Source: Candidatus Poseidoniaceae archaeon
GTDB taxonomy: Archaea > Thermoplasmatota > Poseidoniia > Poseidoniales > Poseidoniaceae
Direction: 5' to 3'
Assembly: GCA_965662895.1 (NCBI GenBank)
Contig: CBFIJH010000005.1
Span: forward strand, 32,001 to 96,000
Length of the DNA: 64,000 nucleotides
Made by a program: the position numbers and the translations under genes. Each line of letters begins with the position of its first letter. Within the stretch, counting starts at the first letter, position 1. Positions 50,147 to 60,334 of the stretch are shown here, one piece after another. The notes under the pieces were generated by a model. That model was not told the origin of the DNA. It made no database searches and was given only the letters and a program-made list of their open reading frames with translations.

Positions 50147-51346
50147 TTAATTCTCTTTCAAGGGTGCGTTGGATGAGAGGACAGTCTCGTAAACCTCCAG
50201 CAATCGGTTCCGAATTGCATCTTTGCTGTACCTCGCTTCAACGCCATCTCGCATTATTTGAGTGTCCCATTCCATGTCAATCATGCTGCCCATCGCCTCT
50301 GCCAAGCCATCCACATCGTCGACGTCGACGAGCAGACCATCCTCCTTCCGGACGATGTCGTTTGGGCCGCCACAGCGGGTGGCGACGACAGGTCGACCTG
50401 TGGAAAGTGCTTCGATTAACACGATGCCAAATGTTTCGTATCGGCTTGGGTGAACAAAGGCATCGATTTCTTGAAAGAATTCACACGCTTTTTCCCTTGG
50501 TACTGTGCCAACAAACTCGACTCTGTCGTCCATTCCATATGCAGAGGCTAACGCCTGCAGCTGTTTCCGAAGTGGGCCGTCACCAGCCAGCAGAAGTTTT
50601 GCGTTTGTGACTTGTTTGAAAGCTTGCAGCAAGGTTTTGTGGCCTTTGTCATTCACTAGGTTAGCCATGTATCCAAACGTGAATGTAGCGTTTTTTGGTT
50701 GAGGTGTGTAAGGGAATTTTTCTACATCGATCATGTTCGGTATTGTGGTGAATTTTGATGCCTGGATGCCCAGAACTTGTTCCAAATCGTTGGCCAATGT
50801 ACTACTGACTGACAAGAGCCGGTTGGCTGATTTCAATGCTGACTTTGCAGTAATTTGTTCCCGCGGCCCAACAATGTTTCTTCCGAAAATGCTTGAGTGG
50901 ACGGTCACAATGTACGGGATTTTTTCTCTCTCAGCGATGGCTTTCGCTAGAATAGCTCCCCACATTGTTGCTTTGGCATGAATGATGTCCGGGGGGCCGT
51001 GCACTGCTCTGTAGGCGTCGTACATCTTCAGTGCCAACTTCTCATGAGAACGGACAAATGAACGGTATACCGAGGGAATATTGTGAAGTGGACCCGGTTG
51101 GAACAACCGTTTGCTGGCTCGTACCACGGTCAAGTTGTTTTCCACAGTCGTTGTGATTGACCGACTCGGCCCTTTGAGCCATGTTGCAGAGGGAAGGTGA
51201 TGAAATATTGCATGAAGAACCCCGACTTTGTGGCCGACTTCTGCGAACATTTCGGCCTGTTCTCTGAAAAAGGTGCCTGAAAGAGGTGCATCTGGGCTTG
51301 GGTACCAAGAGGGAATAAAGAGGATATGGTGTTTCGTCAATTGCAT
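50147..51346 (-). CDS. Glycosyltransferase family 4
   Basis: PSWYP, GTFFREQA, ETFGIVLIEALSTGRPVVATRCGGP. Confidence 0.9.
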   Translation of the reverse strand: MQLTKHHILFIPSWYPSPDAPLSGTFFREQAEMFAEVGHKVGVLHAIFHHLPSATWLKGPSRSITTTVENNLTVVRASKRLFQPGPLHNIPSVYRSFVRSHEKLALKMYDAYRAVHGPPDIIHAKATMWGAILAKAIAEREKIPYIVTVHSSIFGRNIVGPREQITAKSALKSANRLLSVSSTLANDLEQVLGIQASKFTTIPNMIDVEKFPYTPQPKNATFTFGYMANLVNDKGHKTLLQAFKQVTNAKLLLAGDGPLRKQLQALASAYGMDDRVEFVGTVPREKACEFFQEIDAFVHPSRYETFGIVLIEALSTGRPVVATRCGGPNDIVRKEDGLLVDVDDVDGLAEAMGSMIDMEWDTQIMRDGVEARYSKDAIRNRLLEVYETVLSSNAPLKEN

Positions 51347-51569
51347 CACCACTCCTTCGCGAACCACTGGCGGTGAGCCGGTCTGAGGACACACATGCAA
51401 ACCAACAATCTTGTTGGTTATGAGTCAATTCATGTGTGCTTAAACCTTTCCAAGTACTGGATTTCGTGCCGAATTCAGCCTGCTGGACACGACGTTAAAT
51501 CACTCGCTTTCAGTCCTATCAGCCGATTCATGGGATTGGTTATTTAATGATGGAGCCGGTGTTCTCACT

Positions 51570-52169
51570 ATGACAGAAAGTCCTGAAGGGGGTTCATTTT
51601 TCAAAAAGTGGGTCATGAGGCAATACTGGAGAATGCAACAATCTCAAGCTGTCGTCAGTTTGTTGTTGTGGGGGACAACCATCACCCTACTTGTTTGGCC
51701 TCTAATCAAATGGAGATTCACTGCAGAATGCGCTTCAGGTCTTTGTATTTCTGACGAGTTTTTTGGCATATCCAGTACGTATTTTGCACTTGCTGGCATC
51801 TTTTTCACAGTCATGTTCGGCGTTCTCACAATTGGATTTCTTTACGATCAAGTGTTCTCTCTTTGGACCGAGTATCGAAATGTCGATATGGAGCGCAACC
51901 CATTTGCAACCTATGCGCTTGCTCCAATTTGGGTCATGACGATTGCATTACAAGCCGAGGTTTTGAAGCGCACTTCACCCGATGATGAAGCAATGGTCAA
52001 ACAAGCTAATTGGTGCCTCAAATGGTGCGAGGCGTACACAGAAGGTGAGATGTTTGCTCGTGCTGTTCAACGCTGGGACGAAGATTTAGGAGAAACGCCA
52101 ACATTTTGGTTTACAAGCGATGAGGCGATGGAGCGAGCCCGGCAGACTTCCTTCGAAGATGAATCTTGA
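51570..52169 (+). CDS. Hypothetical 2-TM membrane protein
   Basis: Two TM helices, Trp-rich, ERNPF motif. Confidence 0.7.
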   Translation: MTESPEGGSFFKKWVMRQYWRMQQSQAVVSLLLWGTTITLLVWPLIKWRFTAECASGLCISDEFFGISSTYFALAGIFFTVMFGVLTIGFLYDQVFSLWTEYRNVDMERNPFATYALAPIWVMTIALQAEVLKRTSPDDEAMVKQANWCLKWCEAYTEGEMFARAVQRWDEDLGETPTFWFTSDEAMERARQTSFEDES

Positions 52170-52288
52170 TTGAGTTCGCACAAGAAACATCCAACATCGG
52201 ACATGTTTGCTCCACAATTATCTTTGAATGAAAGTGGTTGTAGCTTACAATCAAATTGCTCTTTAACCGCTAGGTTGTGCCTCCAAAC

Positions 52289-53284
52289 ATGCCCAGCGTT
52301 CTTGTCACAGGCGGGTCGGGAATGCTTGGCCAACACCTCGTTCCGATGCTTATAGAGCATGGACATGATGTCCGTGCTCCAACCAGTCAAGAACTTGATC
52401 TTACGGATGCTGAAGCAACAATGGATTTTTTCAAAGACAAGCAAATCAGCATTGTAATCCATTGCGCAGCCTATGTTGCAGGTATTGCATCAAGTCAAAC
52501 CATCAAACATCATTCTCTGGATCAAAACATATCCATGGGTTTGAATCTCATACGTGCCTGTGTTCGAAATGGCATTTCAGATCTCATCAATGTCGGGAGT
52601 GCCACTGTCTACCCAAATGAAGCACCTCAACCTCTCTCCGAATCCTCAATTGGAAACGGCCCGCTCGAAGGCCCGATTGAAGGTTATGCCTTATCGAAAT
52701 ACGTCGTTTATCGAGCGTGTGCAATGGCCAATGAACAGCATGATGTTTCCTTCAAGACGATTCTACCTTGCAATCTGTTTGGTCCTTACGATAATTTTTC
52801 CTTGGAAACTGGGCACATGCTCCCAGCCATCTTGCATAGAATGCATCAGGCAAAACAGAGCAAGCAAGCATCTGTTACAATATGGGGTGATGGAACGGCC
52901 AAGCGAGAATTCCTTTACGCCCCAGATTTCGCGGATTTCCTTTGTTTTGCTCTTGACAACTTCGATGCACTACCAGATGTGATGAACGTAGGCTCGGGTC
53001 TTGAGATAAGTGTCAATGAAATGCATAAACACATGGCTGATGTCATTGAGTTCACGGGCGATTTTCTCCACGATTTCGACAAACCGGTTGGCCGTCTTCG
53101 CAGATGTTTGGACTTGAAGCATCAACGGGCCTTGGGATGGGCTCCAAAGACGCCGTTTAAACAAGCCTTGGAATCAACCTACAATTATCTCCTTGATCGC
53201 TTTCATGAAAGTCCTATCTGGAGAAAAGATGCTACATCCTATTCGCAAAGTTGTTGGAGCCGAAGTAATTCGTCAAATGATTGA
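52289..53284 (+). CDS. fcl: GDP-L-fucose synthase family epimerase/reductase
   Basis: VTGGSGMLG, YALSK, PCNLFGPYDNF, WGDGTAKREFLY. Confidence 0.88.
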   Translation: MPSVLVTGGSGMLGQHLVPMLIEHGHDVRAPTSQELDLTDAEATMDFFKDKQISIVIHCAAYVAGIASSQTIKHHSLDQNISMGLNLIRACVRNGISDLINVGSATVYPNEAPQPLSESSIGNGPLEGPIEGYALSKYVVYRACAMANEQHDVSFKTILPCNLFGPYDNFSLETGHMLPAILHRMHQAKQSKQASVTIWGDGTAKREFLYAPDFADFLCFALDNFDALPDVMNVGSGLEISVNEMHKHMADVIEFTGDFLHDFDKPVGRLRRCLDLKHQRALGWAPKTPFKQALESTYNYLLDRFHESPIWRKDATSYSQSCWSRSNSSND

Positions 53285-53309
53285 TGAATGGGCGCATCGT
53301 GGTTTGTCC

Positions 53310-54278
53310 ATGGGCAAGGCATCCAGGCAAAGGATTGTTTTGTCGCTCTTGCTCGTATTTCTTCTCCTACCATTTTCTGTGACTGGGGAAGATGAATCCA
53401 CTTGGCAAAGCAATGGTATTGATCCTTCAAATTGGAGCGACGGCCCTCTCGTTGAAGACACGCCGATGCAATATTCCTATTTTGGAGACCCAGTGTTTGC
53501 CATCGATGTTACCTACATACCGGGCCACCTCCAAGACGAGGTATCCGGAACAATCATCATCGAACTGTTTCCACAATGGGCGCCAATAACGGTCGAGAAC
53601 ATGATTCAACACATCGAAGATGACCTTTACGATGGAATCTTTTTTCATCGAGTCATCAATGATTTCGTAACACAATCCGGCGATCCTGAATGCAAAACAA
53701 ATGGTGCCTACATTCCAGGCTTGCCTGCTCAATGCGGTAGTGGAGGAACTGGGGAAACCATTCCGCTTGAGCACAACGAAAATCTCAGCCATGTCGATGG
53801 CGCAATTGGGATGGCTCGTGGAAATGAGGAGGATTCGGCAGATTCGCAATGGTACATTGCTGAAACGGAAGCACACGGGCTTGATCCCGAAAACCGTGAC
53901 GATGGAGGCTATGCTACCTTTGGAATTGTCCGTGATGGAATGAGTCATGTGCGAGCGATAGCAGAAATTCCGACATCGGACGACCCATCTGGTACGGACT
54001 TGGACAATCCATTCTCTACAGCAGGAAGACCCCTCTACGAGACAAAAATCAATAGCATAGAAATGATTGGTATTGCCGACCCTGAAGGTCAACTTTCGGG
54101 GGAAATCTCGAGTGGAGAAGCCGATTCTGGCAACGGAACAACCATTCTCTTCGTCGTGCTGTTCGTCGTCCTTGCTCTCGGTATTGCTTACATTGTTGTC
54201 CAGAACAACGTGAAACAAGATGCTCCGGTTTACGATGCTGAATTGATTGACGAAAATGAAACGTCCAATACGACGTGA
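53310..54278 (+). CDS. Extracellular cyclophilin-type peptidyl-prolyl isomerase, C-terminally anchored
   Basis: APITVEN, YDGIFFHRVI, QSGDP, GAIGMAR, SQWYI, YATFG; signal peptide and TM. Confidence 0.9.
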   Translation: MGKASRQRIVLSLLLVFLLLPFSVTGEDESTWQSNGIDPSNWSDGPLVEDTPMQYSYFGDPVFAIDVTYIPGHLQDEVSGTIIIELFPQWAPITVENMIQHIEDDLYDGIFFHRVINDFVTQSGDPECKTNGAYIPGLPAQCGSGGTGETIPLEHNENLSHVDGAIGMARGNEEDSADSQWYIAETEAHGLDPENRDDGGYATFGIVRDGMSHVRAIAEIPTSDDPSGTDLDNPFSTAGRPLYETKINSIEMIGIADPEGQLSGEISSGEADSGNGTTILFVVLFVVLALGIAYIVVQNNVKQDAPVYDAELIDENETSNTT

Positions 54279-55336
54279 CGAATTCGAGGTGCGTACCACT
54301 TTACTTTCTCAATGTGGTAATCCATCACGTGCCAGTTTCTGCCAGCTTCTTTCGCATATTGCAGACATTGCTGCATCGTCGCTTCACACCATGCTTCGAT
54401 TCGCTCCTCCTCAACGTTCATGTGAATGTGAAGCGTACCACCTTCTGCTTTGAGTGCACAAACTGCAGGCTCCCAAGTTGCTTGCGAACTTGGCAAGTAA
54501 CCAAGAAGAACACGATCGGCTGAACCCTCCAATTGCCTAAGGGTAATTTGGTTGTCTTGTGGATAGATGGTAAGTTTTGATTCTACGTCATTCGCTTTTG
54601 CTGCCCATTTGAGGGCCTTGATGCTATGAGGGTTGATCTCACAAGCATGAATGTGCTTAACATTGGCATGAACGAGAAGCTGCATGGTGTAATATCCAAT
54701 TCCTGCATAGGCATCGATGATGACTTCTCCCTTTGCATCAATCGATGCCATGCGGTGACGTTCCGTCACATTGCCTGAGGAATACATCACCTTTGTAGCA
54801 TCGAAGCCATAGATTAGGCCGTTATCCTTGACTTCGACCCAAGCATCGTCGCCGTACAATAATTCGACTTGAGATGAACGCATTTGATCATCTGCAATAG
54901 GTTGTTGGCGACCGATTCTCCGGGCCTTAAGTGCATCAGCAATACGTTCAAAGAAATCCTTATTTCGGTGTATGATTCCATCCCAATTCTTTCCTTGAAA
55001 AGCATCTTTTGGGAACAAGATAAGGTCATCCAGCCGCTCCCATCTTCTGGGGATGGATTGCATCAATTCCTCGTTTGAATTCAGCATTGGAAGGATTGCA
55101 CTCAACAATCGGTTGTGTGGGTCGATTGGTGGTGGTGCTTCAACAACTTCAATTCGTTGAAATCGATGTTCAAAATCGAAGCGTGTCGATTCAACACCTT
55201 CTCGAATTGGCAACGCTAATTCTTTACCGACACGCTGAGGTGTATAGGTTCGGTCAAGAATTTCGAGGTCAATCAAGACCTGTCGAGCCACCTCTCCTTT
55301 GGCAAGCGGTACGAGAAGACACGGTTGCACTGGCAT
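54230..55336 (-). CDS. Taw2/TYW2 (Trm5/Met10 family) tRNA wyosine aminocarboxypropyltransferase
   Basis: KVMYSSGNVTER, DAYAGIGYYT, CEINP, ADRVLLGYLPSS, VKWYAP. Confidence 0.8.
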   Translation of the reverse strand: MPVQPCLLVPLAKGEVARQVLIDLEILDRTYTPQRVGKELALPIREGVESTRFDFEHRFQRIEVVEAPPPIDPHNRLLSAILPMLNSNEELMQSIPRRWERLDDLILFPKDAFQGKNWDGIIHRNKDFFERIADALKARRIGRQQPIADDQMRSSQVELLYGDDAWVEVKDNGLIYGFDATKVMYSSGNVTERHRMASIDAKGEVIIDAYAGIGYYTMQLLVHANVKHIHACEINPHSIKALKWAAKANDVESKLTIYPQDNQITLRQLEGSADRVLLGYLPSSQATWEPAVCALKAEGGTLHIHMNVEEERIEAWCEATMQQCLQYAKEAGRNWHVMDYHIEKVKWYAPRIRHVVLDVSFSSINSAS

Positions 55337-55398
55337 GATGACGCCTACATGCCTCCCAAGGGGAAGTCCTTTGAAGGTCTTCGGTCTGTTGCAACATC

Positions 55399-58300
55399 AT
55401 GGAAGAACGGCCAGTATGGAAAGGGCGATTTTTGGCACTGTGTTTCACCGTGTTTTTTGCAACCCCCATACTTGCACCGTTTGCCTCTGCAGACGGTATG
55501 ACAACCTGTGATGGCGTACCCGGTTTCAGTGATTGCGATGATTATGATTCAAACGATGATGGAACACCCTTTCAACAAGATTGGATTCGTGGAACGTACG
55601 ATTTCGATTTGCAAGATACTTCAACAATCCAAATGACATTGAGTTGGGCGGTGCGTGAATTCGATCGCAGCAAAGTCGGTCTCGATGATTCGACGACGAG
55701 TACTGCTCTCGCAAATGATGGATTGGATGAGGATGATGGGATTCCAGCTGATATGATTCGAACCTACTTCGCCTACGAACCCAGCCCAGGAGCTGGTACC
55801 GTTGGTGACCAAATGTTGGACGACGTTCAAGATACAATCAGCGAACTCCTCTCGAGTGGATTCGGAACCGTTACAGCAATCAACACACAATACGATGGAA
55901 TTTATTCCGAGGGAGGAAACACCGAGATTTGTACGACCGATGCAAACGAAGACTCGGTCTACGATTCTGGCTCGGGCGTTACGGAGAACAACGTCTTCGA
56001 CCCGCCCATTTGCTTCTCGACCATTGCCGAGATTCAGTTATCAACAAGCACATTCAATTTACTTGAAAATACGGACCTTGAACTTGAACGTGCGTATCAA
56101 GGCCTGCTTATTATGGGTTCAGAATTGACAACGCAATTCAACGTCTTTGCAGAACCCGGTCACGTCTCAACCTTCTCGATTCATCCTCCGAATTATGCCA
56201 CGGTCGTCGGTGTCGATGGAAACGGTTCCATCGTTCCTAATCCTTGTACAGTGGCGACCTGCGCAGGTCAGTGGACAGTGGAAAATCTGAACGCAGGTAC
56301 AGATGCGTCTCGTGCCGAACAAACGGTCAGTTTGACCATGGGATATCGAAACACCTCGACAACGTCCATTGTCGAACTCGATCCGAACAAAGAGGCCGTA
56401 TCGCTCCATCTCAAGGTGGATTTATTTGACGAACAAGAGGTTCAAATCGACTTCGTTGCAGGTATCAACTATCTTGATACGACAACAATGGACAATTGGG
56501 GCATTTCTCTCGTAGAATTATCCGAATTAGCAACCATTCCTCAAATTACCTCCGATGGAATTCGTTTAGCGTATGAAAACGGAATCGCTCCTCTCGACGA
56601 TTTCACCGATCAATTCCCAGTTGCATCGATTGGCGATGCGTTTTCAGCATCTATCCCAGGATCGCCTGACATTCAGATGGGACAATTATCATGGGTAAGT
56701 GATTCAGTCGCTGAGGGAATTGATGGGCCGGCTGGAGGATTGAATTACAGTCATTCCGTTGGCTGTTCTGAAACTGTGACACCACCGAACACAATCTCCT
56801 ACTGTATCGAAGGACCCAGTGCTATGGGTTACGACCATCCAATCTATCTCCGTTCAACGAGCAACACGTTTGATCTTGGGTTGCTGGACCTCATTCAAGA
56901 GAATATACCGGATTCTGAATTCGAACTGGATGGTAAAACATACAACACGAAGGATTATTTTGAACTTATTACGAACGAAGACCTTCGAAGGCTGATGGAT
57001 GCTGGTTTGTCGATTGAAACGGTCCTTGATACAGATTTCCTCGAAACCATGATTCCGTCTGATCTTCCACCGTCAAAAATTACACTTGAACTGATTCTAC
57101 CGAGTTGGATTGTAACCGCCGATGGTTCTGACCGCATCATCCTTGAACACTCAGCATCAGGTGAAACCAGGAATGAAATCTCAATTGCAGGACCTTCTCC
57201 TTACACCTATAATCATCCAATCCTCAATGAAGACGGTGAAACCATTTGTTTGCAAACGCAGAAGACCTGTGTTTCAACATCCCTATCCATTGATTTCGAG
57301 ACCTTCGACATCAACGAATGGACGAAATCTGTTTCCATTGAGTTTGGCCTTGAAGCCACTGCAGTTGTTCACCGAATCGCTGTTCCACAGGGGTATTACG
57401 ACGTGAATGACACAACTGTCCGCATGGAGGTCATTCCAAGCGATTTAATCCGGTTGATTGGGGATATTATGAGTCGTGATGAGGAAAAAGCAATCTCCAT
57501 CGAACGATGCCTTGAGTCAAACATAAAAAATTCCAATGCCTGTCCTGAGGAAAGTAGGCTTCAATTCAATCTTACATCCGATGGTTTGATGCAATTTGGA
57601 ACCGATGCTGGAGAACTTCTCACACACCAGATTCACACGCAGGTTGAAAAACTAGAAACGAGTGACGAAGGGCCTGAATTCTCGGAGGTTGACATCAGTG
57701 ATTTTGTCATTGAAACGAGCCTTGCAGGACTTGGAAGTCCAGGACAAACCGTTTCTGATGAAGTGGGCCTAAGCGTGAGTCTCAAGATTCCAAAAGTTCG
57801 ATTTACACTGGCTGTATCGAGCCCATGGGGCGATTTACTGAGTGGCGATCCTGACGCAATAACGCTCTCACTTCTTACCGAGGACATCAGTGGTGCTTTC
57901 CGTTCACCACTGCTTCAACCCATGGTCATGATGGTCGATGAAATGTCGTCGATGATGACAGCAAGCCTTGTTTCATCAGAGGGAATTACATTCCCGCCGC
58001 TCGAGCAGGAAGCATTGATTGTTGAAACAGGTTCTTGGGATACGACAATTCACGAAGATACGGAATTTGATTTGACTGGACCGGTCAGTTTCACGTTACC
58101 AAAAGGCATCATCGTCAAAGAGGGAACATCTACGCAAGGAAACATGATCATCACCGAAGATGATGAAGGGCGTCAAGTCATTACGTACACAATTCCGCCG
58201 GACGGTCTCGATGATGAAGTAACACTTCGGCTTCAAGTAACGTGGATGTATCTGCTTGGTCAATTTTGGGCTTATCCGGCTGTTGTTGTTATTCTGCTCA

Positions 58301-58506
58301 TCCTTCTGATACGGCGTCGCCGCAAGAAGAAAAAGAAAAAGCGAGCTGCTAGAGAAGCAAAGAATTCACTGTACAAGGCCCAGAAGATGGGCTTATCGGA
58401 GTCCGACTTCGCTCAAATGGCTGGATCGGTTGACCGTCAAGTCGGAGGATACGATGAGGGAATCAATCCATTTGAAGCGATGCAACGTGAACCGCCTCAA
58501 CCTTAG
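55399..58506 (+). CDS. Large acidic surface protein with C-terminal TM and basic tail
   Basis: Signal peptide, TM followed by RRRRKKKKKKR; recurring I(P/T)(A/S)DxIR motif. Confidence 0.75.
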   Translation: MEERPVWKGRFLALCFTVFFATPILAPFASADGMTTCDGVPGFSDCDDYDSNDDGTPFQQDWIRGTYDFDLQDTSTIQMTLSWAVREFDRSKVGLDDSTTSTALANDGLDEDDGIPADMIRTYFAYEPSPGAGTVGDQMLDDVQDTISELLSSGFGTVTAINTQYDGIYSEGGNTEICTTDANEDSVYDSGSGVTENNVFDPPICFSTIAEIQLSTSTFNLLENTDLELERAYQGLLIMGSELTTQFNVFAEPGHVSTFSIHPPNYATVVGVDGNGSIVPNPCTVATCAGQWTVENLNAGTDASRAEQTVSLTMGYRNTSTTSIVELDPNKEAVSLHLKVDLFDEQEVQIDFVAGINYLDTTTMDNWGISLVELSELATIPQITSDGIRLAYENGIAPLDDFTDQFPVASIGDAFSASIPGSPDIQMGQLSWVSDSVAEGIDGPAGGLNYSHSVGCSETVTPPNTISYCIEGPSAMGYDHPIYLRSTSNTFDLGLLDLIQENIPDSEFELDGKTYNTKDYFELITNEDLRRLMDAGLSIETVLDTDFLETMIPSDLPPSKITLELILPSWIVTADGSDRIILEHSASGETRNEISIAGPSPYTYNHPILNEDGETICLQTQKTCVSTSLSIDFETFDINEWTKSVSIEFGLEATAVVHRIAVPQGYYDVNDTTVRMEVIPSDLIRLIGDIMSRDEEKAISIERCLESNIKNSNACPEESRLQFNLTSDGLMQFGTDAGELLTHQIHTQVEKLETSDEGPEFSEVDISDFVIETSLAGLGSPGQTVSDEVGLSVSLKIPKVRFTLAVSSPWGDLLSGDPDAITLSLLTEDISGAFRSPLLQPMVMMVDEMSSMMTASLVSSEGITFPPLEQEALIVETGSWDTTIHEDTEFDLTGPVSFTLPKGIIVKEGTSTQGNMIITEDDEGRQVITYTIPPDGLDDEVTLRLQVTWMYLLGQFWAYPAVVVILLILLIRRRRKKKKKKRAAREAKNSLYKAQKMGLSESDFAQMAGSVDRQVGGYDEGINPFEAMQREPPQP

Positions 58507-60230
58507 CGATGCAACGATTCGTGAATTCGCTCTGCGAGGGAAGGACCAATTCCAGGTACCGTTTTCAAATCCTCAATGCTGGCATTGTTGATTCCTTGGC
58601 GACCACCGAAATGGCGCAGGAGCGACTGCAGCTTCTTCGCACCCAAACCGAGAACGTTTTCGAGAGGGTCACCTAGTCGACTCTTTTTTCGACGTTTTCG
58701 ATGGAAGGTGTTGACAAACCTGTGTGCTTCATCGCGAGCATGAACAAAGACTCGTCCACGACGGTCAAGGATAATCGGGTCTTTTTCTTCCTGATGCAGG
58801 GTTTCTTCTCGTTTTGCTAAAGCAGCCAACATAAATCGGTCTTGAACACCGTGCTCGTCCAACATCGAACGTATTGTACTCAAATGCGTTTCACCACCAT
58901 CGAGCAAGAGTAAATCCGGCCATTCCTCTTGTCGTTTGAGCCACCGTTCTACGACTTCTCGCATCATTCGCAAATCATCCATCGCATCCCCCTTGACGAT
59001 GTAGGTCCGATACTCCTTCTTTGCTGGACGGCCGTTGCGGAGAACAACGCTTGCTCCAACTCGCTCATCACCTTGCAATTGTGCCATATCGAAGCAAACG
59101 ACGTGATTCATTTGCTCAACATTGAGCAACATTGCAGCATCATCAGCAGCACGTTGTTCGAGCGATCCGCTTGATTTGTTGGCGAGTCGAGTTACCTGAA
59201 TCTTTGCGTTCTGGTCGGCAAGAGTTCGGAGCGTGACCATCTCTCCACGCATAGGTGTTCGAACTTCGACGGTTGAACCTCTTCGTTCATCCAACCACTG
59301 CTGTATTCCATCGAGAAGTGGTGTCGGTGTCAACAACAAACGTGGAGGCCTTCGGTGGATGTAGTGCTCGCTAATGAATCGGCTTACGGTTTCACCAATG
59401 TCACCACGGTGAACAAATGGCCACACTTCCTGACCTTTGACGACACCTTCATCTGCGTGCAAGACGACAAGTGCAGCCAGATCTCCCTGTTCTGCAAATC
59501 CGATGGCATCACAATCACGATACAACTTGCTTGAAACGACGTGCTGGCCTATTGTCGTTCGAATCGATCGTATGAGATCACGGAAATATGCTGCCCGTTC
59601 GAACTGCATGTTCTGGGCGCAAGCATCCATTTTTTCACCAAGTTCTTCCAAGAATTCCGTCGCCTCACCATCAAGTATTTTTTTGACGGCTCGGACTTGT
59701 TCAGCATAACCTTCACCATTGATGCATGGTCCTGTGCATAGGCCAATATGCATGGCCAAACAACCCTGTGGAAGCAGTTCCTTGCAATCCCGTATTCCGA
59801 AATGTCGACGCAACAATTGCATGACTTGTTTTGCAGCACCTGCGTTGGGGAATGGTCCCCATCGGTGTGCTTTTTTTGGCGGATGACGTGTGTACATAAT
59901 CCGGGGAAATTCTTCGTTGGTTAGGACAAGGTAGGGATAGGATTTGTCGTCCTTGAGCATTGAGTTGAACCGCGGTTTGTGTTCTCGGATGAGTTGACGT
60001 TCGAGAATGAGTGCTTCTTGCGGTGTTGTTGTAACAATGCACTCAACATCATCGGCCCGAGCAACGAGTTCTGGTATCATTTGACGGTCGGGATTTGTTG
60101 CAAAATACGACCGGATTCGTTCATTGAGCCTCGTTGCTTTACCAATGTAGAGGACACGCCCTTCCTCTGTTTTGAAAAGATACACGCCTGGAGAAGCAGG
60201 CAAATCGATGGATGAAGCATCAACCGCCAT
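58503..60230 (-). CDS. uvrC: Excinuclease ABC subunit C
   Basis: GIY-YIG (PGVYLF..LYIGKA), KDDKSYPY, UVR domain, CFD, LLDGG, RDEAHRF, HhH. Confidence 0.96.
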   Translation of the reverse strand: MAVDASSIDLPASPGVYLFKTEEGRVLYIGKATRLNERIRSYFATNPDRQMIPELVARADDVECIVTTTPQEALILERQLIREHKPRFNSMLKDDKSYPYLVLTNEEFPRIMYTRHPPKKAHRWGPFPNAGAAKQVMQLLRRHFGIRDCKELLPQGCLAMHIGLCTGPCINGEGYAEQVRAVKKILDGEATEFLEELGEKMDACAQNMQFERAAYFRDLIRSIRTTIGQHVVSSKLYRDCDAIGFAEQGDLAALVVLHADEGVVKGQEVWPFVHRGDIGETVSRFISEHYIHRRPPRLLLTPTPLLDGIQQWLDERRGSTVEVRTPMRGEMVTLRTLADQNAKIQVTRLANKSSGSLEQRAADDAAMLLNVEQMNHVVCFDMAQLQGDERVGASVVLRNGRPAKKEYRTYIVKGDAMDDLRMMREVVERWLKRQEEWPDLLLLDGGETHLSTIRSMLDEHGVQDRFMLAALAKREETLHQEEKDPIILDRRGRVFVHARDEAHRFVNTFHRKRRKKSRLGDPLENVLGLGAKKLQSLLRHFGGRQGINNASIEDLKTVPGIGPSLAERIHESLHR

Positions 60231-60334
60231 ATCGAATCCTTGCATCCATAGGTCAAAAAAACCTGCATGAATTCTGTCAATCAACAGAAGGACAACATCA
60301 AATGCGATGTTGCCAAGGTAGGGTATGAGTTCCG

